A stretch of DNA of 64,000 nt, taken from Octopus vulgaris (lineage: Eukaryota). The notes under the pieces are model-generated. The model was not told where the DNA came from and ran no database searches. It was given only the letters and a program-made list of their open reading frames with translations. Shown one piece after another: positions 41,750-52,193 of this stretch. Where the stretch lies: assembly GCA_951406725.2 (NCBI GenBank), contig OX597827.1, forward strand, positions 79,484,001-79,548,000. Reading direction: 5' to 3'. A program made the position numbers and the translations under genes. How positions within the stretch are numbered: position 1 is the first letter of the stretch; the number at the start of each line of letters is the position of its first letter.

Positions 41750-43630
41750 ATGAAATTATTGTGTATAGTGCTCAGGTGCATTACAACTCATCAAAGGTGC
41801 ATGTACAGTACATAGAATTATATACAAAAATCAGAGAAGTGAAAAGTGTAAGAGTCATGATATACGTGTGTGCATACATATGGAGTGGGGGGTATCAGGT
41901 GTAACATTGGATAGTTTCAGGAAGTATGGAGTTCTTAAAGGATGCAATGTCTTGGCAACTAACAATTGATGCAGGTAATTTGTTCCATGCTTCAGAAACT
42001 CTGAGGTTGAAAAAATGTTTCCAAAAGTCATGGGAGCTGTGCTGTTTTCTGATTTTGTAGACACACCCATTTGTGTTAGATATATAGAGCTCAAAAAGGT
42101 GCTTAAGGTGGTTGTTGGCATGATGGGTATTAATTTTGTGGGAGTTTACTAGGTCAGTTGCCAGACATTGGACCTTCAATGTATCTATGCCCAGGGAAGC
42201 AAGGAATTCAGAGTATGGTCAATGTCTGATGGAAGGCAATTGCTTGGTTACACATCTCTGAACATTTTCCATGTGGTCAATGTTCTGACAAAGATAGGGG
42301 TTCCAGACTAGTGATACAAATTCCAAGTGTGGCCACACCATAGTCATATACAGTCTTAAATAGATAGCTGGAGAGCGGCTGACAAAAGTCTTGCTGAGTG
42401 ATGACAAGACACCCTCAGGCTTCTTGACAATTTTAGAGATGTGCTTTGCCCAGTGCAAATTGCTGCTGACTGTAATGCCCAGGTCACATTCACAAGAAGA
42501 CTTCTTGATATTAGCGTTGTAGAGAAAGTATGTGAACGTTGGGTTTTTCCTCCAAAAATGCATGGTGGCACACTTGTCCACAGCCAGTTTGAGTTGCTAG
42601 TCCATGATCCATTGTTGCGTTGTGTCAGGTCTGATTGCATGAAAGATCTATAGTGCCCAGGACCTGTCCTTTTTATCTCAAGGTACAGCCTGATGTCATC
42701 TGCATATTTCAGCATGGTGGCATTCTTTAAGTTGCCTTTAATATGTCATTAATGTATGTAACAAACAAAACGGGACCAAGAACAGATCTCTGCAGTACAC
42801 TAGATGTCACGTTATAGGGGGAAGAATGCTGCCCTAGAACTGTGACTACCTCTTTTCAGCTGAGGATGAAGGAGTCCAACCAGTTAAAAATATCATCTTT
42901 CACACCAATTACAGAGAGTTTTGCCATAAGTCTTTTGTGTGGCACAGAATTAAAAGCTTTAGGAATGTCATGGTAAACAATATCCACCCATGTGCCACCA
43001 TTAGGGATCTGGGTGATATCTTTAAAAAAAATGATAAATTGATCACAGCAGCTGGAGTTAGGGATAAATCCAAATTGCGAGGGCTGGATAAGGCTGTGAG
43101 AATTCCAGAAGTTCCAGAGTGCTTCTCTGACATAGAATTCCATCAGTTTGGCAATGCAGTTAGTAAGACTGGTTGGATGATATTTGACAGGTGACATTCT
43201 GTCACACTTTTTGAACAGAGGAATGATACTGCTCAGGAGTAGCACCATTGTTAAGACATAACTGAAAGAAGAGTGAAAGCTGGTGCAGAAGAAAGTACCC
43301 ACTACGTTTGAGAAGCAGGTAGATAACACCATGAAGACCAGGAGAGGCATAGTTGCGCTTATTCTTAAGGTGACGTTGCAGTATTGCAGGTGCAAATTCC
43401 ATAATTGTTATGGAATTTTATATCAGAGGTGGTGGAGATGGTACGTTTTGGTTTTCGACAATACAAATGCCTGCATAGCATTCAGCAATGAGTTCTGTGC
43501 ATTCTTTGGGATCGTCAGTAATCTGGCTTGTGTGGAGATTGCGAAGAGGACCAACTGGAGAGTGAGGTCTCTGCTTTGAACGCACATATTTCCAGAACAC
43601 CTTACTTCAGGATTGGTTGCTATACACTTC
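41750..43630 (-). mobile_element. 5'-truncated CR1-clade LINE remnant
   Basis: Frameshifted ORF2 pieces: IIPLFKK...YHPTSLT, QFGF, DIPKAFNSVPHKRL, YADD, RLYMTMVWPHLEF...WNPY, FFNLRVSEAWNKLP; (AAT)n-like tail. Confidence 0.9.
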
Positions 43631-46200
43631 ATAAATTCTAAATTTCAAGGCAGAGGAAATTGTATGAAGAGGAAACCTGAAACAACTTCAATTGATTCCA
43701 ACTTAGTGCTCAGTTTTCGTTTTTTTTTCTAAGAATGTCACCTGTGTCTGTATTCAGATTAAAGCTATGCAAAATGTTTTTTTCATTGTCTTATATTAAT
43801 CATCAACTTACTTTATTTCCTTTTTATTATATTGTTCATTTGACAGAAATCATGAAGAAAAACAACTTTGAACCACTCACCCTGTGGGAAGATACCCTGT
43901 TGGGTTGGCTATCAATCTTTTTAAAATAAATTTCACTCTCTTTGTGGTTTAAGTTGATCAGAAAAAAAAAATTTAAATATTATTTTCTAATGACAGTTAA
44001 TATATTTTCACTAAAGCTTTTAAGATAACAGAGTTGTTCCCCCTTTCAATCTTGTTATGTTTTATCTTGTTAGTCTGTCGATGCATAGTGTTCTTGGAAG
44101 AAATATATATCTCCAATTGCACATTTTATTGAAATATTTCACTGACTTCTAATCGATGTGGCCCTGTATTATACACTTATAATCTGATTGTTTAAGTAAT
44201 ATTATAGTGGCAACTGACTGATTTCTGTTGACAAAGATTTCCCTTCCAGGAGGACAGTAACGCCAAATAAAATCTGATACAAAATAGAGGAGAATTTTAG
44301 CCTTTAACATTGGCTAACCATTCTAGTTCTGGTGATACAGTCAACACATCCGGTTCACACCGTAAGACTTACATAAAACTGGAAATTTTTTTTTTTTTAC
44401 TGTGTGTGATAGATTACAAGTGTGAGATGAATAATGAGATTTCTTCAATCCATGCCCACATGGAAAAATAGATGTAAAATTACGAAAATGATGAGGAATG
44501 ACAATTTTAATCCTTATTAAAATTCTGGTGTTAAATGATAAATTAACTTTTCATTTAATATGTACAATTGAGATCATATGAAATATAAATCTATGTCTCT
44601 AGTTTTATGATTGTTATTTTCGACTTGTTCTGATCTGCTTTGCTTGAGAAGACACTCAACAAAAGTGTAGTCAATCAACTAAATGAAGACTGCAGATTTA
44701 GATGCCCATACATACTAAACTGCCGTCTGTTGTGATATCATACTATGTTATGTAGACTGTTTGAAATAAAAGTGGATTTCAGAGTATGTTTGAATTTTTG
44801 TACAGTTGTTGGCAATATGAAGCATGTACAAAAGTAAAATCTACATAACAAGTAAATTTTTAATTTTGTGGAAAAGTTGAGTTTGCTACCAGAAATGGCA
44901 TAGACCTTGATGGCTGTCTTAAATAGCTGGAAAAATAATCTTATTTCTTTTACTTATATTTGACTGAAAATTTGTGGTGTGTGTGTTTATGGTGTTTTAG
45001 TTATGATTGTGATTGTTTTTCTATGTGAGTTGAAAACATTACTCAGAAGATTCTAATATTAGTAGAATTATTTACACAAACAAGAAAAATGGTGTTCAGA
45101 TGTTTAACAATAGGTAGCCTCATGTTTCCTGATCAAACTCTTCCAATCTTGATAAAGTAGCAATAATAGAATAGAAATAATTTGTAATTAGGGATAATTT
45201 TGAGGTCATTTATACATATATATATATATATATATATATAAAGAATTGTTAGTTATATTTGCTTATCATCATTATTTATTAAAAATGGGATAAAAAATAA
45301 CTTGCATTTACTGCAAATGACGATTTTTACTTCGTTACACTTGAAAATATAGAATTTTGAATTTGCTTATGTAAGTGGCCAAAATTAAACTGACTAAAAA
45401 TATAATAAATTAAAATATCAAGTGATGCTTGTCTTTGTACAATGAAGTGCAATGATTCACCGAGTGTATGAACATATATTTTCATTTATATACATAGTTA
45501 TTTTAATTATATATATTTACAGTGATACAGATGTTTATATAATTGATTCTGTTTTCTTGATAAGGATAAATTTTAAAGATATCAAAATAAGTTTAGAAAA
45601 TATGTATTTTGTAATTAAGAATAAAAGAAATAACTGAATAATATTTTTAGTTTTAAACATGAATGTCTTCCTTGAGGTTATTTGTAAAATTAATAAAAAC
45701 TTGCAATAAGGAATCAAAACACAGACTCTGAATTTGTTGACAGAGAAACTAAATTCTAAAATGAAATTATATTCTTTGAGACTAGCAGTCCATGCATATT
45801 TTGTTATGCATTTGATTCAATATTCTATTTAAATAGAAAGAAATAAGACATTCTCAAAGGTTAATAAATATTGCCTATTTAAACTGATTTATAGAAATAT
45901 TTGAATTAATAATTTTAATGAAATATAGTAATATGTATGAAAAATATGAAGTAAAATACAGTTAACTGACAGTCTAGTATTTACATAATGATTGCTGTTA
46001 AATATATCTACTTTCACATAGTAACTATCCTACTTCAATAGCAATAGCTTTTGGTAATGGCTACATAATTCCATGGCTTCCTATTTCCTTGCTTGAATAT
46101 ATTATCATTATTAAATATATTAGTATCCATTTCTCATGCTTCAATATCCTAAAATATGAACAGAATATCAAATGAGAAATTACAATGTAATATGACTTAC

Positions 46201-46325
46201 CTACATTGTTTAATCCGTTGTGCTTCCTATAGAAGACATTATTGCATAGTGTTTCAGTGTAACTGCTGCTGTAGTAGTTTGACAAGGGCAGTATGTTGAT
46301 GGTGTAGATTTGTGAGTCATACAGA
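46201..46325 (-). promoter_or_regulatory. Conserved promoter / non-coding first exon of gene D
   Basis: TGACTCA at 46313-46319; CTACTACAGCAGCAGTT; ends GGATTAAACAATGTAG|GTAAGT. Confidence 0.7.
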
Positions 46326-47589
46326 GAGGCAACTATACTCTAAAGACATTTTTTCATCTGAGTATATTGGATTCACTTAAATTATTTTACACAATGATTA
46401 AAATATTGAATAATGAATTTTGCTAAAGTATTTTCAGTTTATTTCAAACTGCATTAATATGTGTGCATGTATACACACACACACACACTTATGCACGTAA
46501 CTATATGTCAAAAGGCATACAATAGATATGGATCAGCTTAGAGTTCAGCAGTCTGAATTCCTAAAATCCAACATCCTAACTGTGTTGCTACATATTCCAC
46601 TGTTAGAAGGAATGGATAGCAACACAATTATAACTTAAATTGATATATTCCATACTTATTTGTTAACATCAGTTTAGTACATATGCATAATGACTATCAC
46701 TACATCTGTTTGTTACTGAATCCTTGATACGGGAGTAAAAGACTACATTGAGTTATTTTCTTTCTTCTCAGTTGTACTTTTGCTTATGAAATCTCTGGAA
46801 AGCTACTCATTTATAGAGGAGTACTATTGACTAACTTCTTGTGTTTCACTTAATTATATTTTATATGCATATTTCTGTAAACTATTTATAAATTTTTTGA
46901 TGTAATAAATCTCTCATTTTATCTTTGTGTTTGTATGCACACACGCACACACACATGCACATAACTAATGAATTATCTCTTGTATGCAGATGCTTATAAC
47001 ACTGATTACGTATTTATGCACTGTGTACTGCAGTATGTAAAATATTAATTTCTAAGTCCAGTAACAATTTCATTATACATACTACAGTGGATTAGTCCTC
47101 TATGAAATACCTATCTAGATTACATGAAAAATAACATTGCTGGAAACTATCATTTTAATAATTTTAAAATATTGATCTGAATGTTCAAAATAGTAGAGTT
47201 AGTGTCAGAAATGGTAAATTGTCAAAGTGTATGTTTTCAAGTAGTTTTGTTTCTATATTTTTTAATTGCACAGTATATTGCTAAAATATCTGTTATTAAT
47301 AAACAACTAATGAGGATTTAATGTTATAAAGTTATCTTTGAAGATTTTGACCAAGTGCATGATCAAAGTTTATCAATTATGTGTCAACATTTCTAATTTA
47401 CATATTTACATATTTACATATTTTTTATATATAAACTTGGATTGATTAGTTCTTGCTATGTATCTGCTGGTTAGATCAATTTTATTTTAGAAGAGTCTCT
47501 TAATTATATTCCATTTCTGGAGTCAAATTGCGAGAGAAATTTAGTTATCCCTAGTACTAAGAATTTGAGTCATGTTAGTCCTGTGATTA

Positions 47590-47678
47590 TTATTTCTTAT
47601 ATATTGGTTCAAGATAAGTGTCTTGTTCTTGTCCACTCTTTGGCATTGGAGGTATGTTTGGTGTATAATTACTATATT
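47590..47678 (-). CDS. Pcdh: Protocadherin E terminal exon (89 bp; downstream of the frameshift)
   Basis: ctttcag|AATAT; (E)YSNYTPNIPPMPKSGQEQDTYLEPIYKK*. Confidence 0.8.
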
Positions 47679-48017
47679 CTGAAAGAGAGAAAAATACAAA
47701 ATAGTATAACTAATATCTGAGAATTGAATTTTGTGTCAATGAGAAGAAAAAAAATGAAAGAAAAATGTAATCAAATACTTGGTTCTAAAATAGTCCTGTA
47801 TTGATATTAAATTAGCTTATCTATTTTCAAAATTTTGTATCTTGGATCTGCTCATGTTACAGCAGCACTTTCTTTTCATTTAGTTTACTTTTCAAGTACT
47901 TCCTATAAACTTTGTATATTGCAATAAAAATTATTCAATGTTATGAATATGATACAACTGCACACATGCACATAGACAAAGTCAGTATCCAATGTCTGTT
48001 GATATTTGACAAGTTAC

Positions 48018-48165
48018 CTGCTGGTTGATGCTTAATATCTCCTTCATTCCAACCACAGTTGTGATCTCTTTGAGATGGCAATGTATCACTTAGGTTGTTT
48101 GATGTCAAAGTGCTACTGTTGTCACCTTGCTCATAAGACCCATCTGCAACCTGTTTATTATAGAT
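48018..48165 (-). CDS. Pcdh: Protocadherin E cytoplasmic exon (148 bp; downstream of the frameshift)
   Basis: ttgacag|ATCTAT...CAGCAG|gtaact; IYNKQVADGSYEQGDNSSTLTSNNLSDTLPSQRDHNCGWNEGDIKHQPA. Confidence 0.8.
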
Positions 48166-48786
48166 CTGTCAATGAAAGAACAAGGACCCAGTCATATATT
48201 TAAGATATTAGATTACACAGTATTACATTTTCATTAAGTACGTTTTAAATTATATTAAAGAATCAATTGAAGAAATATTGCTCAAACAAGTAGGAAATTT
48301 TAATAGATAATACATAGAAATACATAATTTTGCCTATTTAAATTTTGATAATGAATAAATTTAGATAATTAAGGTAACTGAACTCTCTGATTTTTTTTAT
48401 TGAAGAGCTGACCAACTAGATAAGTTTTGTGCGGGAAGAATTGTCATGAATTCTAAAAAGTAATTCTGAAATAAACACATATTTATGAAGGGTGGCATTC
48501 CTCAGAATATGGTAATAACCTGCATTATATTGAATTTATAAACTGCTATGATGAAAGTTATATTTCAGTGATTTTGTACTGTATTTCAAGGTTGATTAAA
48601 TTTGATAAGAAAAATGACTTGTTAAAACTTATAGGCCCACTGATTCAGATGTAACGTGTTAATGTTTAATTGAAGATAGCACCATGCAATACGATGTGTC
48701 CTGGTATATAATATGAGCTGAAGTCTAGAAATTTGATATGGACATAAAGTATTTTAATTGAACATTCTGATTTAATGAGGTTTCTA

Positions 48787-49012
48787 GACCTTTACCTTTT
48801 GACCTACAGATTTAAAAAATAATTTTTTGTAACTAAACACTTTCAAACTTCGTATACTGGTAGAATGTGTCATATAAAACAACTTTTACTCTTCTTTTTT
48901 TCAGAAAAGTTTATGTTTACAAAGTTATTTTGTGTTGAATTTCTCGTATTTCAGTAATTTCAACCAATCAATGACATGTATTCAGCTGAATAAAATTACT
49001 GCCATTGTTTGA
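48787..49012 (+). mobile_element. Single-arm remnant of the 2989-3608 MITE family
   Basis: CTTTACCTTTTGACCTACAGATTTAAAAAATAATTTTTTGTAACTAAACAC matches 2993 onward. Confidence 0.85.
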
Positions 49013-50637
49013 TAGTGGTGGAGATATTGGTTGTATTGATCTTGGTATTGGTAGTGATGATAATGGTGGATATTGTTAACTGTAGCAGTGGTCATATTTT
49101 TCTTGTTAATTGTTTTGTTGTTGCTTTTTACTCTCAAGTCAATTATCATTGACAAAAGATAAAAGACATTGCATTCAGCTTTTAAAATATACTACAGCAC
49201 CACATTATTTCATGTGATTGTCTTTTATTTTAGAAAGGTGTTGCTCTCCATCAGAAATGAGAAAGGGAAAAGTCCAAAGAAAGAGGAGAAGAAGAAATCA
49301 CTGATGGACCATGTGTAGTTACAAACACACACACACACACACATTCATATATATCTGTATGCAGATAGATATAGATAGTCATTGAAGCCCAAGAAAATGT
49401 ATTCCCATCCCCAAGACTAATCACAGTGAAAACTTCCACCTTATATTCTGTGTTTATAGTGACACCTACACATGCCTACACATGTATGTACTGTGATTAA
49501 AGATTTTGAAATTGATAACTATCCTTGGATCTTAGCAAAAATACCAATAAGTTACCTTTTGTTTAAAAAGAAAGTTTAATTTCTAAATTCTCAAAATTTA
49601 TCTGAGTTTCCGTAAGAGCGAAATACTTGACTGTATCCTGGTCATACTTTATATTTTCATAAATATGAATTATTATTTTATATGTGAAAAGAACTTAAGG
49701 CAAATGATTTTAATATAATCTGTTATTATGTTCATTAGGGGAAAATGGTTTGTGAAAGAGCAATGTATAAATTAGGATGAGAATTGGTTAACAGGGAAAG
49801 ACCATTTATAGAGATGACAGTCAGTTGATTAGACTTATGACCAAATGGCAGAAAGCAATTGAGGAACACATCTGAAATTAATAGGAGACAAGGCATATTA
49901 CTTTTCAAGCAAATTTAATGAAATTAATGAAAAAATTTAAAATATTTTCATAAAAAAATAAGTTGTTGAGGAGAAAATGGTGGTTTCCAAAATAAAAATG
50001 GTAAAATATTTTGCATGATAAAAACAATACAAAAGATTGTCTGTTGATAAGCACTGGAAAAATTGTAGTGCTTTCTAGGAAAGGTGGGTTGTGGTAAGGA
50101 ATAATCAACATAGAAAGAAGTTTATCTGCCTCACTTTGTCAACTAGAATATTTTACATATCTGGTGGGAGGACAGTTTCACTTATTAGTGTGGCTGGACA
50201 TTGTAAATTACATCTTGATTACTACAGCAACAAAATCCATGAGCACAGATGATGAATTCAGGGTAAAAGTACAGGGCTGTATTCTCAGTTTCCTCTTATT
50301 CAACATAGTCATCCAGGCCATAACAGAGAAATTTAGCTGGTTGCCCATGGAAACAACTATATGCTGATGACCTCACTTTTATAGTAGAATCTGTAGTGAA
50401 ATTGCAGAAAGCAAATAAGATTCTCCTTCTTTCAGGTAGATGGCCCTGTTCAGTATGTGGGAAAGGTGTTGGAAAAAATTCCATTCAAGTGAGAGGCAAA
50501 TGTAGATGACTAGTGAGGAATAAAGCTGATGTGCAACATCAGTGCGCATGTATGACAAAGTGCAAGAGTTCAATCAAATGTGGCATGCAAGAGAGAAGTT
50601 GAATCAAATGTAGCATGCAAGAGAGAGGACTATGATT

Positions 50638-51054
50638 TATTTACATTATTTACATTTAACATGTTTCGGATAACACAACGTTTCGGCTGCTATACCCTCC
50701 AGCCTTCATCAGGTGTCTTGGGGAAATTTCAAACCTGGGCTCTCATTCCTAAGGTATTTTTCAATGTTATTATTATTATTGTTATTATTCAGGCCTCTGC
50801 CTGCAATCGAACTTGGAATCTTGGGGTTAGTAGCCTGCGCTCTTAACCACTACATCATATACCTGTGGGCAATTATGGAGTGAATTTTAGGGCTTATAAA
50901 TCTAATATTTTCCTATCCTTCCTTAGTTCCGGATGAAGGCTGGAGGCGATATCCACCGAAATATTGTATTAACAACAAACAAGATGAGGACAAATATCCA
51001 TCATGTGTAAATAATGTACATAATTCCTCATCTCTTAAATATAGAACTGTAAGG
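50638..51054. mobile_element. tRNA-headed element with outward-facing hammerhead motifs (same family as 2253-2752)
   Basis: Minus-strand tRNA-like head at ~50795-50865, hammerhead core at 50672-50717, second degenerate copy on the plus strand at ~50929-50970; flanked by CTATGATT (50630-50637 and 51055-51062). Confidence 0.8.
50672..50717 (-). ncRNA. Minimal type I hammerhead ribozyme motif (Penelope-type)
   Basis: GACAC-CUGAUGA-A-GGCUG-gagggUaUag-CAGCC-GAAAC-GUU-GUGUU: stem I GACAC/GUGUU, stem II GGCUG/CAGCC, loopless palindromic stem III (ACGU). Activity not shown. Confidence 0.7.
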
Positions 51055-52193
51055 CTATGATTGTTTGCACATGTGATAAGTGTGAATGAAGACAGCTGTA
51101 TAAAGAAATGTCAGTCTCTTAAAGTGGATGGCACCTGTGGAAACCCAGATAGACATGGGATGAAGTAGTGGGGACTGATCTCAAGAAGTTGGCCCTCATA
51201 TAGGAGATGACAATGGATCAAGATGTCTGGCCGTATGATGTTCTTAGGAAGTCCTGCCCACCTCAGTGAAACTGTTTCCTGGAAGTGCTGTGTATTCTAC
51301 CAACATGTAACATTCATTCACACATTGTACCCTAGCAAATCAAATCAAATTACATCTCTTCTTCTGCTCCCCACCATGCACTATACTTACCTTTATCTTC
51401 TCACTCCTGTAGCCCAATCATGTCCTCTCCACTGCCAAATGTATCATTGCTAGCCTGTTGCCTCCTCCCCCATATACCAATGTTTCACCATTCACTGCAT
51501 CCACCCCTCCCCACTTTTCCTTTTCTCTCCCCTTTTTGCACTTATAAGAACTTTTTACTCATGTATCCTGAGAAATCCTTTACCATTCCATTTATATACA
51601 TATCCTTGTACCTTGAGAGTATGCCCTGGTACATAGTCACCATCTCTCTCACCACCTCTCACTTTTGTTGTCTCTCTTGCTCTATCTCTCTCTCTCACTC
51701 TCTCTTGCTCTCTATCTATCTATCTATTTATCTCTTTCTCTCCCCACCACAACTACAATAACCATATATCTCCTCCACAACAAAACACCTTTTCCCCCTT
51801 CGTTCATTCTCTTTCCTCTCATCACCTAGCACAAAGCCACCTACTTCAACACTCCATACCACTCAAGTGAGCTTTGCCTTTCAAGTTTCTTGGTGACCTT
51901 GCTAGTACTGGTACCTCACAAAAAGTACGCAGTTTACTCAGTAAGGTGGTTGGTGTTAGGAAGGGTGTCCAGCTGTAAAAAGCTGGCCAAAGTAGACGGT
52001 GGAGCTTGGCACAGTGCTGTGACTTAGCAGCTCCTGTCAAACCATCCAATCTATACTCGCAGTGAACACTGTTTCATAATCTCTTGTGTCTATATGAATT
52101 AGAATTTGATGACCTATACAACATTGAAAAGTATAGATTAAAGAAGAAAATCAAAAATATAACACTTGAAAAATAGATATATGGCATAGGTAC

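Larger units (their letters stand above)
50160..51270 (+). mobile_element. Degraded RTE-type LINE fragment interrupted by the 50638-51054 element
   Basis: VQGCILSFLLFNIVIQAITEKF followed by TATGCTGATGACCTC (YADDL) near 50359; 3' part resumes after 51055. Confidence 0.7.

Noticed and set aside
46061-46325. Possible small protein encoded by the conserved leader block (ORFs 12329, 22250, 46061, 60028)
   Set aside because: Indels shift the frame between copies and the ORFs run through the splice donor; conservation is at nucleotide level
50570-50627. Short direct repeat AATCAAATGT(G/A)GCATGCAAGAGAGA x2
   Set aside because: Only two units inside a decayed LINE; a local duplication, not an array
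50795-50865. Functional tRNA gene (also 2489-2555)
   Set aside because: Acceptor and anticodon stems pair poorly and the sequence is embedded in a repeated element; better explained as a tRNA-derived head
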